Shown here: in pieces, positions 1 to 12,910 of the stretch
Position numbering within the stretch: the first letter of the stretch is position 1
How the letters are laid out: each line of letters opens with the position of its first letter
Source: Selaginella moellendorffii
Taxonomy: Eukaryota; Plantae; Lycopodiophyta
Assembly: GCF_000143415.4 (NCBI RefSeq)
Contig: NW_003314284.1
Span: 602,693-666,692 of the forward strand
Reading direction: 5' to 3'
DNA: 64,000 nucleotides
Position numbers and translations under genes: made by a program
Notes under the pieces: model-generated
Databases searched by the model: none
Seen by the model: only the letters and a program-made list of their open reading frames with translations
What the model was told of the DNA's origin: nothing

Positions 1-152
1 TCCGTTGCTCGTGCAGTGAGTAGCTGAGACCAGGTAGGAGCTGGTACCATAGGTGAGAACCTTGGCAAGGGAACTTAGCAAAAGCCAAGGCGGTGTTGGA
101 CAGATAGACGAGGTAAGCTAGCAAGTTGGAAAGGAAAAATCTGTGGCTTACA
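1..152 (+). mobile_element. 3' end of an LTR (family A), inserted into gypsy pol
   Basis: 1-152 aligns with 62255-62406, the end of the solo LTR, and ends ...TTACA. It is followed directly by RT/RNase H coding sequence, not by a PBS. Confidence 0.85.
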
Positions 153-1077
153 ACTCCAAAGTGTATGAATGATGTGCAGTGCTTCTTGGGCAAGGTGTAG
201 TATCTCAGTCGTTTTGTGGATCATCTTTCTGATCGCACTGCACCATTGCGAGCATTGCTGAAGTCATCAACATCATCTTTCATCTGGTCTCCGGATTGTG
301 AGCGGGCATTCGGGGATCTCAAAGAGCTATTGACGACTCTTCCAGTTTTGGCATATCCTAACTACACTCGACTTTTTATTTGGCGCGTGGATGCTTCTGA
401 CATTGGTCTTGGAAGTGTGTTGATACAAAAGAGTTCGAGTGTGCTTAGTTAGCGCCATCCCATTGCATATATAAGCCGTACATTACAACCAGTGGAAATG
501 AACTACTCCACGACAGAGAATGAGTGTTTAGCAGCAGTTTCGGGTTTCGAAAAACTTCATGCATATCTATATGGTTCTCGGACATTACTTGAAGGTGATC
601 ATGCTACTATTACTTCATTATTGAAGAGGAAGAACCTGGTTAGTCGTACTACTTGATAAGCTTCAAATATATGATTTTGATGTTGTTCATCACCCAGGGA
701 GTTCTATAGTTGATGCTAATGCCCTTTTTCGAGCTCTTTTTCTTTCTCCATTCTCTTCTCATGTTTCTGATGAGCCTGTTGTTCTAGCCTCTATGGATTT
801 TCTAAACGAGGATTCTGTGCCGTCAGCAGTTGCTGTCCTTGACGTTCAGTGTCCACAAGGCGCGGAGAAGGATCTACCTTCTCTTGATGAGGTTAGCGAG
901 GCTCAAAAGATTGAACTATGGATTAAAAGGCTTTAAGATGGGTTTGAGAATCCTGCATCACTTGCTGATGACTTGCATTTCCAGCATTTACATTCTCAAT
1001 ATCGCCTTGAAGACGGCCTTTTTTATTTTGTGGGGACAGATCCTGATGATCATTTACGGCTGGTGGTGCCTTCTATC

Positions 1078-4000
1078 TATGAAACACAAAATCCCTAGGC
1101 CCCAAAATGGAGCTGGAAGGGCGCCACATGGTAGTGGCTGAAGCGAAAGCCAAACGAGTGTAACACGTTTGGATTAAAAGCTCCGCCTTGAAAGGTCGAA
1201 AGCGGGAGTGGAACTCCCAACAAAGTGCTCGAGGAATGAGCACGAAGCTAGCAATAAGTGAGGCTCTAAAAAGGGACCCAAAAGGACCAACATATGACAC
1301 GTGGTAGAGTCCAAGATGCAGTCTGAGGTGGACCGAGACGGAGTCTGAAATGGAGTCCGAGATGGAGTCTGAGGTGGAACGAGACAGAGTCTGAAATGGA
1401 GTCCGAGATGGAGTCCGAGATGCACTGAGACGGAGTCCGAGATGCAGTCCGAGATGGAGTCCGAGGTGGACCGAGACGAAGTTTGAGATGGAGTCCGAGA
1501 TGCACCGAGACGGAGTTCGAGATGGAGTCCGAGATGGAGTTCGAGGTGGACCGAGACGAAGTCCGAGATGGAGTCCGAGATGGAGTCTGAGGTGGACCGA
1601 GACGGAGTCCAAGATGGAGTCCAAGATGGAGTCCGAGGTGGACCGAGATGGAGTCCGAGATGGATCTGAGATGGAGTCCAAGGTGGACTGAGACGAAGTC
1701 CAAGATGGACCTGAGATGGAGTCCGAGGTTGAGACCGAGACCGGGACCGGGACCGAGACCAAGACCGAGATTGGGACAGAGACCGAGACCAAGGCTGAGG
1801 CCGAGACCAAGGCCGAGACCGAGGCCGAGGCCAAGTCCGAATTCGAGTCCGAGTCCGAGTCCGAGTCCGAGTCCGAGAGCGTGAAAGCCCAAAGCGTTCG
1901 TCTCCCAAACCCTGGGGGGTTTGGTGAGCTCCAAAAGTATAGTAGGGGGAGGACTGCAGTGGAGCCAATTTGGCCAGGAAAGGCTAGTTTGGCCCAGGAA
2001 GGCTGTACCCAGTGTTGGGTGATGAGCTGCCCACTGGGAAGTCCAAGACTAGAGTGAATACGAACCGATAAGTGGGGTAGCTTGGTGAAGTGTTCAAGAG
2101 CCGGCTCTAGTTCCCCCGGGAGATCAACTGGCTGATGCTCCCAATCCAAGTGTGGGTGGCATTACCTACTTGGATACCAGGCATGGCTCAACGAAACCTC
2201 GCTCTAAGCCCATGGCTAGAGCACCCAAAGGTGGAAGGCGGGGAAAGTACCTACGAGGCTTGCGTAAGGCCACAGTGTTCCGAAATGTTGTCCCAAAGGC
2301 CCAGACTGTGGAAAGGAAGAGGAGCCGTCCTTTGGTGTAGTGACCAAGGATACAGTCGTGTGGTGAGGAAATCCTAAAGGACCGTGGGACTTAGTGGTCG
2401 GGCCTGTGGGCCTTGATTCAGTGGCAATGTTGGCGAACATGCCCATGGGCAGAAAGGGACTTGGTGGGGACTGGAAAAAGGATATTGGGGGAAGCTAATC
2501 TCCATGTCTGTGGGCATCCTAAGGATGCTAAGGAGTGGATCTGGGATAATCACTCATGGACGGATGGCCCAATCTTTGAGAGATGGGACGGTGATGTAGG
2601 TGGTGTCAAACCACCGATGTGACCAAGGTGAATGGGCACGGCTTTAGCGTAACAGGTTGATATGTCAGTGGTACCTTGGGGTGTCGGTCATGGGATCGGA
2701 CACATGAAGCACTTGGACCAAGTGCAAAGGTTGAGTGGCGGGGATGCCATTCTCGGGGCTAGTAAGCCCAAGTCTAAAATAGGACTTATGAAGGTTGTGA
2801 GTGAGACTCCTCCAAGTGGTCAAAGGTGTGGTTAAGTGACTAAAGTAGAATGGAAAAATTAGTCGCTTACAACTTGGTATCGGAGCTGTTCCTTAGTCCG
2901 ACTTTTATTGGTGCTCAAGTATATCACTATTGATATTGGCAACGGAAGGTCCTAGGAGTGGGCCTATCCTTGAGGAGTAGCATGTCGAGAGGACATAGCT
3001 CTCCACTGAAGTTCATGCGGGAACTTGGGCGTGATGTGGTGGATAGAAAAGGGGCCAGTAAGGGAACGACTTTGGGATCTTGGGAGCAATATAAAGGTTT
3101 CCTTAGAGAGTTGAGGATGTGATCCAAATGAGCATTTGACTCAGCAAACTGACTAATGTAGTTATGGTAAACAACTACAATTAGGATCACGGGAAAAATA
3201 GAGACTCCAAAGCAATAAAGGAATCACAAGATTATCCTCATATAGTTGAGGCTGATGCTCATGAATGTGAGACCAGAAATAATGACCGCGGGAGGTCAAA
3301 TACAGAAAAGGACATCAGTCATTGAAATGGTAACCGAAGCTACCTCTAATAAATGCTGGAACAACCTAAGGAGTTGGGGGTACTTAAATACTTAAAGATG
3401 AGTTGCTATTCTCATCACATGGACAAGTGATCCTAAGGGGCAAAGGTTAACCCCAAGAAAATCATCAAGTGTCGAAGTAACACTTGTAAAGATTGTCCTT
3501 GTGGGTAGGACATGAATACAAAAAATTGTATTCCAGTGAGTTGGCACCTCGAAAACTAAGACCTCGTAGGTTGTTGGATTAGTAAAGTCCAAAATGCTAG
3601 ATGACTCAAGTGGAGTCAGAGAATGGTCCTAAGGGATTGGTTGAAGCATTTGGACTGAGGTGTATGGTGCCCTATGAAGTATGGGGAGGATCATAAGATC
3701 CAAGTATGAGAACAGTAGGTATCTCATTGATGGCAGAATGTGCTATATTAAAGTTGTGGGAAAGATGTTCCCAGAAGAAAACAACTTTGGCACAAAGTTG
3801 GGTGCAAACACTATGGTGCGGTGCTAATGGATAGTTAGCATGAAGAACAACTATATTGGTCTTGGCAAAGACCTAGACACTAATAAGTAGTGTTGTAAGG
3901 ATAGGCTCGCGGGGCCAATGGTGTGGAAACACCAAATGTGCCAAGGTGGGATACCTTGAGGCTATGTTGGTGGGTTCATAAGAACCCCTTGCGAAGGGAA

Positions 4001-7000
4001 TCCCAATAGAAATGGGAATGGCATAGCCTAAGCTGGAAGGCATGTGGTAGAGTGTGGTGACCAAAATAATGATGGAGGTGTGGAAGCACCAGCAATGAGT
4101 TGTAGGACTTGACAACTATGAGGCAATTAAGCAAAAGGTGCAAGATAATTGGTTAAACTGGTAGAAGGTAGCTACCCGAAACTTCTTAATGGCATAAAGA
4201 AGTTAAATATACCCTTATGGGGGATAAATTGCTTATGTTGCAATATAGTAAGTCAATGTCGTAAATGAGAATGCTCATTGTCCAAGAGGCCATCATTTGG
4301 GACATCCAAACACTCTAGAACACCAGAAGGTGGTATTTGATGTCGTGAGGGCAATAGATAAAGCCCAAGGGACTAAGTCCCTAGTGAATGATGGATAGAA
4401 GGTGCTATCCAAATGTCCAAGGTTGCGGAGACGGGAGAAGACTGTCTACCCGAATTAGATAAAGCCAAAAATGGAATTTTGGCAAGGCTAGTGATGGGCA
4501 TGTAAGGGCCCATAACCAACAACATTAATCCCAGTATGTGGGATTATAAGGTGAGTATACCTGGATTGAGGAACCACTCCCTAGGCTATCAGATCAGTTC
4601 ATCCTTAAGAATACTTGCTAAGGCATGATAGAAAGTGCAAAGCCATCCTCCTAGTTTAGAGGAGAATGACTGAAGAAAAGGTGTGAAGCCAAAAGCAAGT
4701 AGTAAGGGGATAGAACCAAACCATAAGAATCGAAGGGCATAACCAAGAGTGGTTATGTCAGTTGGGAGTGGAGAATCAAGTGGGGGCTCAAGGGTATTGT
4801 TGCTAGCAACCGTGATGTCATGGAGAGTCTAAAATATGGAATTGTCCATGTTAGACTATATGGCAACTAGAAAGCTTGCCAAAAGGGAGGCCTTAGCAAG
4901 CTAAGGGACAAAGTTCCTTCAAAGTTCCCAAAGACGATTCTAAGTAGCTTAGTACCTAGAAAGCCAAGCGTAAATGGTTCCTAGAACGCATGAAATCAGA
5001 GTGGTGCAGCAGAAGCATGGTCTTGAAGTTGGCCATGAGGCAAGGCCATCAAGGTTGGGGAAGTGGTTCCTGAGTGTTCAAAGAGAGGGCTTTGAATGAA
5101 AGTCAAGGGTTAAGGACTTTCACGCATATGCATGAACCATGTTATGGTGGCCAGATGACTTGCTAAGGGAGATTGGCAAGTCAGGGGGACAAATCCCCTA
5201 ATTGAAGGTGCTAACTTCAAAAGGGGTGGCCCATGGGGCCAAGCATGGAGGAGTCAATGCATGATCACAGACTTGTCAAGTAAGAGGACTTGGCAGTGCG
5301 GAGGAACTAGGTTCCTAAGCTGTGATCTATAGCGCGCTTTAAATATAAGTTGGTGCACCGGTGTGGGGAGTCACGCCAGGCATTTTGGATGATGCCTTCC
5401 GTAAATGCATATACGGAGGTTGGGTTCAAGTCCCGACCCTTTAGTGCTTGGGTTCGAGTCCCAAATCACTAGAGCATGGTGATGGTTTGGAATATGAGGA
5501 CACTTGTATTTCGGTGGTCATGGACTCTCAATGAGGAGATTGGCTTGGGCACACCGCCAAGCAGGGGATGCCTCAGAGTCGTGATGCGCAGTTAGATTGC
5601 TTAGAGTGAAAGTTTGGCATATTTAACTTGAACACTTTGGTGCAAAGGGCACCAAGGACGTGGTGAATGAGATGGGGACACCCAGTCTCAGTTGCTATGG
5701 ATCCTTGGCCGGAAAGGCTGGTTTGGGCGCACCGCCAAGTGTGGGGGATGCCCTCGAGGTCATAGTCAACAACATAGAGGGGCTTAGTTCCTATTAGTAG
5801 ACCTATTAAGGGGTCAAGATGAGATCACTAGGTGATCTTGTGGCTAAACAAGGACAAAGTCTTTATTTGGGTTAAGGAATATGATTCCTAGTTCAAAGTG
5901 TTGATTTGAACTATTGATAATAGTGTAGCTTGGTCAAGGTGACCAAGTAAGGGAAATGAGCTATGTCAATGCTATGGCATAGTAAATCCGAAGAAGGTAG
6001 TCTCTATAAGAGATCCAAGGGAGGATCTCAAAAGTTGGGTTGTGGATAGAGCCCACAACAGAAAATGTTAAAAAGACATACTAGGGGTGAACACCCTCTG
6101 GACTTGGCAAAGCAAAGTGTTTGCTATGGAACTGAAAGGAAACCTTGAAAATGGAGGTAGCAATCCTATGTTGTTGGGTGCAACAATTAAGGATAGGAGT
6201 AAAAGACTAGTGGCTAAGAAAAGAGCCATGGAAATCCTAGGAAAGAATCCAAATGGCAAAGTTAGGCTAGGAACACTATTGTGTTGGGTGCTGACGAATT
6301 GTGGGAAACACAATGTGTTTCCAAGGATGGATTCCCAACTGCTCCGATTTGGCGAAAGTGGGAGCTCCAAGGGAGGGCCATGGACAGCCCTAGCACAAAG
6401 TATGATACCTGGAACTTAGTGCCCAAGGTGGCATGAAATAAAAGAGAGGATGATGATGCCCTCAAAGTAGAGAACTTCCTAAGATGGGGAAGTGGAGTTG
6501 CACAATATGTGCAATGCAAAGTGTTGGAGACACCTAGGAAATTAATTTCAAGAAGTCAAAAAGTAAAAGTTCCAAAGTGCAAATGTTCAATCAATGGAAA
6601 CTGAGACTACTCGAGAAGCAGTAGTGGGATTGAGATAGAGAAGGTGCCTCTAATGGGTTTAGCGATGACTAAACCAATAAATGGAGAAAACCACCACAAG
6701 TGGTCAAATAAGTCTCTAACTTGGAAAGACTATACTCCTTAGAGGATGGACAAGGCATGATGAGCCTTTGGTGTCAAACCATAGACAAACTTTGGTTGGG
6801 TGCCAAGGATGGAAATGGTAATACATGTGGGTGTTACTTTATAAAAGAGGTTTATTGTTCGATGAGGACATCGAACTTCGTCTATGGGTGGTGGAGTTGT
6901 GAGACACAAAATCCCTAGGCCCCAAAGTGGAGCGAGGTAGTGACTGAAGCGAAAGCCAAATAAGCGTAACACATTTGGACTAAAAGCTCCTCCTTGAAAG

Positions 7001-8173
7001 GTCGAGAGCGGGAGTGGAACTCCCAACAAAGTGCTCAAGCAGGCAATAAGTGAGGCTCTAAAAAGGGACCGAGACCGAGACCGAGACCGGGACTAGGACC
7101 GAGACCGAAACCGAGATTGGGACGGAGACCGAGACCGAGACCGAGACCGAGCCCGAGCCCGAGCCCAAGCCCGAGCCCGAGTCTGAGAGGGTGAAAGCCC
7201 AAAGCGTTCGTCTCCCAAACCCTGGGGGGCTCCAAAAGTATAGTAGAGGGAGGACTGCAGTGGAGCTAGTTTGGCCAAGAAAGGTCAGTTTGGCCCAAGA
7301 AGGTTGTACCTAGTGTTGGGTGATGAGCTACCCACTAGGAAGTCCAAGACTAGAGTGAATATGGACCGACAAGCAGGGTAGCTTGGTGAAGTGTTCAAGA
7401 GCCAGCTCTAATTCCCCCAGGAGATCGACTGGCCGATGCTCCCAATCCAAGTGTGGGTGGCACTACCTACTTGGATACTAAGCGTGGCTCAATGGAACCT
7501 CGCTCTAAGCTCATGGCTAGAGCACCCAAAGGCGGAAGGCAGGGAAAGTACCCACGAGGCTTGCGTAAGGCCACAGTGTTCCGAAATGTTGTCCCAAAAG
7601 GCCCAAACTGTGGAAAGGAAGAGGAGTAGTCCTCTGGTGTAGTGACCAAGGATACAGTCGTGCAGTGAGGAAGTCCCAGAGGACCGTGGGACTTAGTGGT
7701 CGGGCTTGTGGGCCTTGATCCAGTGGCAGTATTGGTGAACATGGCTATGGGCAAAAAGGGACTTAGTGGGGACTGAAAAAAGGATATTGGGGAAGGCTAA
7801 TCTCCATGTCTGTAGGCATCCTAAGGATGCTAAGGAGTGGATCTGGGATGATCACTCATGAACAGATGGCCCAATCTTTGAGAGATGGGACGGTGATGTA
7901 GGTGGTGTCAAACCACCGATGTGACCAAGGTGAATGGGCATGGCCTTAGCATAATGGGCTGATATGTCGGTGGTACTTTGGGATGTCGGTCATGGGATCG
8001 GACACATGAAGCACTTGGACCAAGTGCAAAGGTTGAGTGGCGGGGATGCTATTCTCGGGGCTAGTAAGCCCAAGTCCAAAATAGAATTTATGGAGGTTGT
8101 GAGTGAGACTCCTCTAAGTAATTAGAGGTGTGGTTAAGTGACTAAAGTAGCATGGAAAAATTAGTCACATACA
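1078..8173 (+). mobile_element. Full-length LTR retrotransposon (family B) with decayed non-coding internal region; 5' LTR 1078-2871, 3' LTR 6898-8173
   Basis: Two similar LTRs; PBS TGGTATCGGAGC at 2875-2886 (tRNA-iMet type); purine-rich tract before 6898; perfect 5-bp TSD CTATC at 1073-1077 and 8174-8178. Removing it rejoins the host integrase frame LRLVVPSI|FILRF. Confidence 0.93.
1305..1880. repeat. Hexamer/12-mer tandem array (GAGTCC/GAGATG/GAGACC) within the 5' LTR
   Basis: Directly visible; the equivalent array in the 3' LTR (~7068-7185) is much shorter. Confidence 0.9.
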
Positions 8174-10839
8174 CTATCTTTATTCTGCGGTTTCTCCATA
8201 CCTACCATGATTCTCTTGTTCTAGGTGGGCATATGGGACATTGTCGTGTAACCGAGAAGCTGCACAAGTCTTTCTATTGGCCGAAGATGCGACACGATAT
8301 TATCCAGTATGTGCATAGCTGCGTTTGGTGCCAAGCTCGTAATACTCCCCCTTTTGTTGCGGAAGGATAGTTAGAGTCAATTGCAGTTTCCCGTCCGTTT
8401 GAGTTGGTGGCATTTGATCTTATGGGACCTCTTCAATAATCGACTGCTAACAATGAGTATGTTATTATTGCTTTTAATTACTTGACTCGTTGGGTGGAAG
8501 TTGGTGCTTTTGCTAGCACCTCTACAACTGCTGTTGGATACTTCCTCCTCAATCGAGTGGTGTTTCAGCATTCTTGTCCAGAGCGAATTCTTTCGGATAA
8601 TGGTCCCGCATTTATGGCTGAGGCATTTCATGCTTTGATGTCTCAGTTGGGGATACGCCACATTTTCACGAGTGCTTATCATCCACAATCAGACGGTCTG
8701 GTGAAACGGCTCGTTTGGACATTCAAGGGGATGATTGCGAAGTATGTGAACTTTCAACATTTGGATTGAGATGGTTATTTACCGTCTCTTTGGTATGCAT
8801 ATATCACAGGGGTGCAGAATTCTGTTGGTGCTTCACCATATAAACTCCTATATGGTCATGATCTAGTATTACCAACGGAGCTAAGTTTACTTTCGTGATT
8901 GCCACGAGCTACAGATGCTAGGTCATGGGATCAGTATTTGACGAACATTCTTCCACTTGTCCAAGTAGAGTCTGCCAAACACTTAGGCCGCGTACAAGTG
9001 GGACAACAACGGCGGTACAACTCCCATTATCGTGCACTTGCGGAGTACAAAATGGATGATTTGGTGTTAGTCCATTTTCCTCACCTTACAGTAGTTTATC
9101 TAAGAGGCTCCTTACACAGTGGAAAGGACCGTATCGGGTGTTGCGACAGGTTGGATCACAAGTTTATGAGGTTTGGCATGACGTCCAGTAGGACAATCCT
9201 TTAGAGATTGTGCATATGCAGCGGTTGAAACGCTTCATATAAAGGGATCAAGAGCAATTAATACCACCTACAAATCTGCCTCCTCCTAACGTCCCTTTAA
9301 ATCCCAGCCTGTCTACAAAAGAACCCTGATGGTTTTCTATTATTCCAAGAGGGGGGATAATGCGAGGGCCAAGTGTACGGCTATGATGCTATATACTAAT
9401 ATTAGCATAATGGGATTTTGGTAGCCATTGGATTGGTTTCAATGCAGACCACTCGTTCCTCTATATAAGCTAGGGTTTTTGGGATAATTGATATGCACAT
9501 TTTTGTATTCCCTTTCCATATTCCAAGCACTCACAATTGAAGCTACCATATATCAAAATCCTCTAATAAAAATCAAATATATAAAAATTTTTGTTTTCTT
9601 ATAATACAGTATTCTTTAACTTTAATAACTATATTAAAAACTCCTTTGGATGTTAATATTTCTTTAGTATCACTATAATTTACTAAGTATATATGTGTAA
9701 GCTCTATGTTGCAAGTATTTATGAAATATCACATGGATTTAAAACTTGAAAGTTTCCAAATCTTGGATAATATTTTAATTCAGATATGATATATAGTCTT
9801 GATAATAATATAAGCTGTAAAGTTAAATAAAATTTTAATTTTCATATCTAATAAAATTTTATATAAAAATATAAGAAGAAGTATATAGATATATTTTAAT
9901 TTTTATATCTTTATAAATTAAAAAAGAAAAGTTTTAGATCTTCACTTCAGAATTTAATTTTAAATATCACATTAACCTCTGAATTATAAATAGTTACATT
10001 TTTTGTTTGCTTAAGAAAACCTGTAAAGGGTGAGATGGTAGTGGATAGACCTAGAATATGCTTAGATATTCTAGGATATTCTACTCTAACGGTTTTTATT
10101 CATTTAGATTAATCTTGTATTTATAATTTATAGACATATGTATAATTTATAAAATTTCTTAAACCTTTTCTAGTATACTATTTCTTAGTCTATCATCTAA
10201 TGGTTGATATGCAATAAGATTAATCTTGTGTTTATAAATTATAAACATTCTTATAATTATAAACTTTATTTAATCAATTGGATTAATAAGTAAGAATAAC
10301 ACTACTGTTAAGCAAACCATACATGCAACATGTAACAATTTTTTAGTTTTTCACTTTCTAGTTTTTTTAATTTCTAAAACTTTAGTGTCTATCATAATAT
10401 TTATCATGCATATAGGGTGACAAAATAGGTAGTGGTCATGTTTGAAAGATATAAGCTCTTTGCCACTTCTAACTCCACATGTCAATCACCATTCACTTTG
10501 CTATTCTTCCATTCACAATAATCATTGTCTAAAAATAGATATTCCAATTTTTCATATTCAAAATATGGAGGACAATATCAGCTTTCACAAGTTGAAGACA
10601 TCCAATTTGTGGAAAAGCTTGTCTCCCGGATCAGGAGAGCAGCATGCATTGCCGAGGCCACATTGCATGCACTGTCGCAACCAAATACGAATCTGTCTTG
10701 ATGTTCATGATGAATGAACATCACAGGCTTTTTATAGGCTTCAAGTCATGGAACCATGTTTATTATTGTTAAATAATTTAATTGATCAAATAATTATAAA
10801 CATATTTATAATTTATAAATCAACATTAGATAGTTGGCA

Positions 10840-11130
10840 TTCCTGTTGCAACCATGGAAGATATGGTCCATGTAAGGTAGGAGTGTTAAAGCTCTTTGAT
10901 CTTCCTATCAAGGAGAAGATGAAGTATTATACAGATGGAATATTGTGCCTTGGGCAGGATCCAACTATATTTCAAGCATTAAACAAGCATGAAACAGCTG
11001 AGTAAAACTTTGCTATCAACATTGTTTGAAGGACTCAAGCTAGATTCAAGCCACCTACCGAAATTGTTTGGAGACTCGAAAATGATCTTGCAATTGAATT
11101 ATTATCTGCAATGCCCAAATCCCGATGAAT
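10840..11130 (+). pseudogene. 2OG-Fe(II) dioxygenase pseudogene fragment
   Basis: LFDLPIKEKMKYY and LSKTLLSTLFEGLKLDS...FGDSKMILQLNYYLQCPNPD match exons 2 and 3 of the 13472 gene; frameshifts and deletions. Confidence 0.85.
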
Positions 11131-11239
11131 GGCAGCAGCAGATTGACAATCCAGACTCCAGGCTAGAAAGGGTGATCTTTGATATATTTACTAATGCAAA
11201 AGCCTTATAGTGCCTTATAGACATTTCAGCAGCTAACAT

Positions 11240-12910
11240 TTATTTACCAGTTAGTCTCTTTCGAAGAGTGACGCTATAAAACTTTGCTGTTCTAATGCAC
11301 AATATCAAGCTCACAATGGATGCAAACAAGCACACTCCAGCCATGACGAAGAAGGTTGTTCTGTAGCAATGTGGTCCATGGCAAAGGAGTTCATCACCAT
11401 CCAAACTTCCATCGCTTGGTCCAAGCTTACTCTCGCGGTCGTATAAAACTCCTGCCACCCGGACGGACAAAACATAAGTTCCCAGCGCCTTAGCGACGTA
11501 AGTTACGTTTTGGAGCGTCCCATAGAACCTGAGTCCGAAGATCTCCGCTATCATGGTGTAAAGAACCGACCACTGGCCACCGATTGACAGCCCAATCAAA
11601 ACCGAGCTGTAGAAGAGCGCTCCGGGAAGCCCAAGAGCGATTATCAAGCTCCCAAGCGAGAGAAGCAAGAGAACCAGGCACAGGAAGAAGGGCCTTGCGA
11701 CGCCATAGCTGGCGAGGCATATATCCGAGATGAAGCCAACGCCAACGCCACCGATGAAGTCCCAGATGCTAAGGAGGGCGATGAAAGTGTTTGTTCCGGC
11801 CTGGGAGTAGCCAAGGGACGTTCCAATCTGGCCGAAATTGTTGGTCACAGTTAGCACAGCGCCAATGCCACAGGTTGAAGCCACGAAGATGAGAAACATG
11901 TCGATGCTACAGAGCGCCTGGAGGATTGTGAAATCGTCTCCTCGCTTGACGGGCGATCCTTTAATGAAGAAGATCGAAATGTGCGAGGCGATAGCTGGAG
12001 CAGCGGCGTCTGCTTCATGATCCGGAGGATCTACGTCTTGATAATCTATTTGAGGAGTTTCTATCGCTGCGTTTTCCATTAGATCAACATCAACTTCTTC
12101 GCGATGGCGATGCCGGAGGGTTTTGGATTCCTGTCTCAGAACCACAAGAGCTGGGATGGAGAGAATGATCAGCATAATGGAAAAGAAGGCCTTGATGATC
12201 CGAGATTCTAGGCGCACGAAATGCTGGAGGATGATAATAGCCATGAGATATCCAGCCAGGATCAAAGTTACTGACAAGAAGGCGAAGAGCGTTCTCGAGT
12301 CATTGTAGCGGCCGTCGAGTGGGACGGATCGAATGACAAACGCGAATAGAAGGCACAAGAGTGATGGAAACCAGGCCAGCAAGAGAACGAATGAATCGTC
12401 ACTGCGAGAGAAGAAGGCCTGGTAAAGCAGCGTGAACATCGCAACGCTCAATCCCTGCGTACTGTCGAGAAGACTAAGAACCATGCCCTGGTTCTTGGGG
12501 AAATTCTTGGCACAGGCCACAAGAACAGCGGTGGTGGTGAAGGCTGCCGATGCGCCGATCATAAAGAGATAGAAGCACAGTTCCCAGACATGGGGCTGGG
12601 CGATTCTCTGCGTTGTAGCCAGCCATATCGTGAAGTATCCAGCAAAGTTTAGCGCGAATCCAAGGAGGAGCACGACCCAGGGCCCGGTGAGATCATAGAC
12701 GAGGCCGGAGAGAATCCCGACGCTGGTGCCAACGTCCTTAAAGAAGCTTATGGTGTTGATATTCTTTTGGTTGTAGTCGAGGGACAGCTTGAGATGCTGC
12801 GAGAAGAGGCTGAAATTGTTGAGTGATCCTCCGGAGGAGATCATGAGGAAGAAACTTGCCAATGCAACCATCCATCGACTGTTGTAGAGGTGTTTGATCG
12901 TCCCAACCAT
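11240..12910 (-). CDS. Nodulin-like (NFD4-like) major facilitator superfamily transporter, intronless, copy 1
   Basis: 556 aa, multiple TM segments; family motifs KDVGTSVGILSG, KNFPKNQGMV, DFTILQAL, NNFGQIG, EIFGLRFYGTLQN and CHGPHCY. Confidence 0.93.
   Translation of the reverse strand: MVGTIKHLYNSRWMVALASFFLMISSGGSLNNFSLFSQHLKLSLDYNQKNINTISFFKDVGTSVGILSGLVYDLTGPWVVLLLGFALNFAGYFTIWLATTQRIAQPHVWELCFYLFMIGASAAFTTTAVLVACAKNFPKNQGMVLSLLDSTQGLSVAMFTLLYQAFFSRSDDSFVLLLAWFPSLLCLLFAFVIRSVPLDGRYNDSRTLFAFLSVTLILAGYLMAIIILQHFVRLESRIIKAFFSIMLIILSIPALVVLRQESKTLRHRHREEVDVDLMENAAIETPQIDYQDVDPPDHEADAAAPAIASHISIFFIKGSPVKRGDDFTILQALCSIDMFLIFVASTCGIGAVLTVTNNFGQIGTSLGYSQAGTNTFIALLSIWDFIGGVGVGFISDICLASYGVARPFFLCLVLLLLSLGSLIIALGLPGALFYSSVLIGLSIGGQWSVLYTMIAEIFGLRFYGTLQNVTYVAKALGTYVLSVRVAGVLYDRESKLGPSDGSLDGDELLCHGPHCYRTTFFVMAGVCLFASIVSLILCIRTAKFYSVTLRKRLTGK

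Larger units (their letters stand above)
153..9535 (+). mobile_element. Degenerate Ty3/gypsy host element: RT-end/RNase H (153-1077), integrase (8179-~9250), PPT and short 3' LTR (9361-9535)
   Basis: Translations include DVQCFLG, WSPDCERAF..LK..LT..PVLAYP, VDASDIGLGSVL, GGHMG..FYWPKM..C..CQ, ILSDNGPAF and TSAYHPQSDGLV, with many stops. Purine tract AAGAGGGGGGATAA precedes TGCGAG...CTCACA, which contains a TATA. Confidence 0.85.

Noticed and set aside
1305-1880. Repeat array as a possible CRISPR
   Set aside because: No unique spacers, eukaryotic LTR context, no cas genes.
1073-2149. Long ORFs with SD/RT/LG dipeptide repeats (also at 7.0-7.3, 38.9-39.7 and 61.3-61.6 kb)
   Set aside because: By-products of stop-free hexamer arrays inside LTRs, open in several frames on both strands.
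2887-6897. Short ORFs inside the family B element
   Set aside because: No recognisable gag/pol motifs; stop-rich decayed sequence.
9540-10830. AT-rich tract with short internal repeats, resembling 45.6-45.8 kb
   Set aside because: Possibly a MITE or Helitron remnant, but I could not define termini or a TSD.
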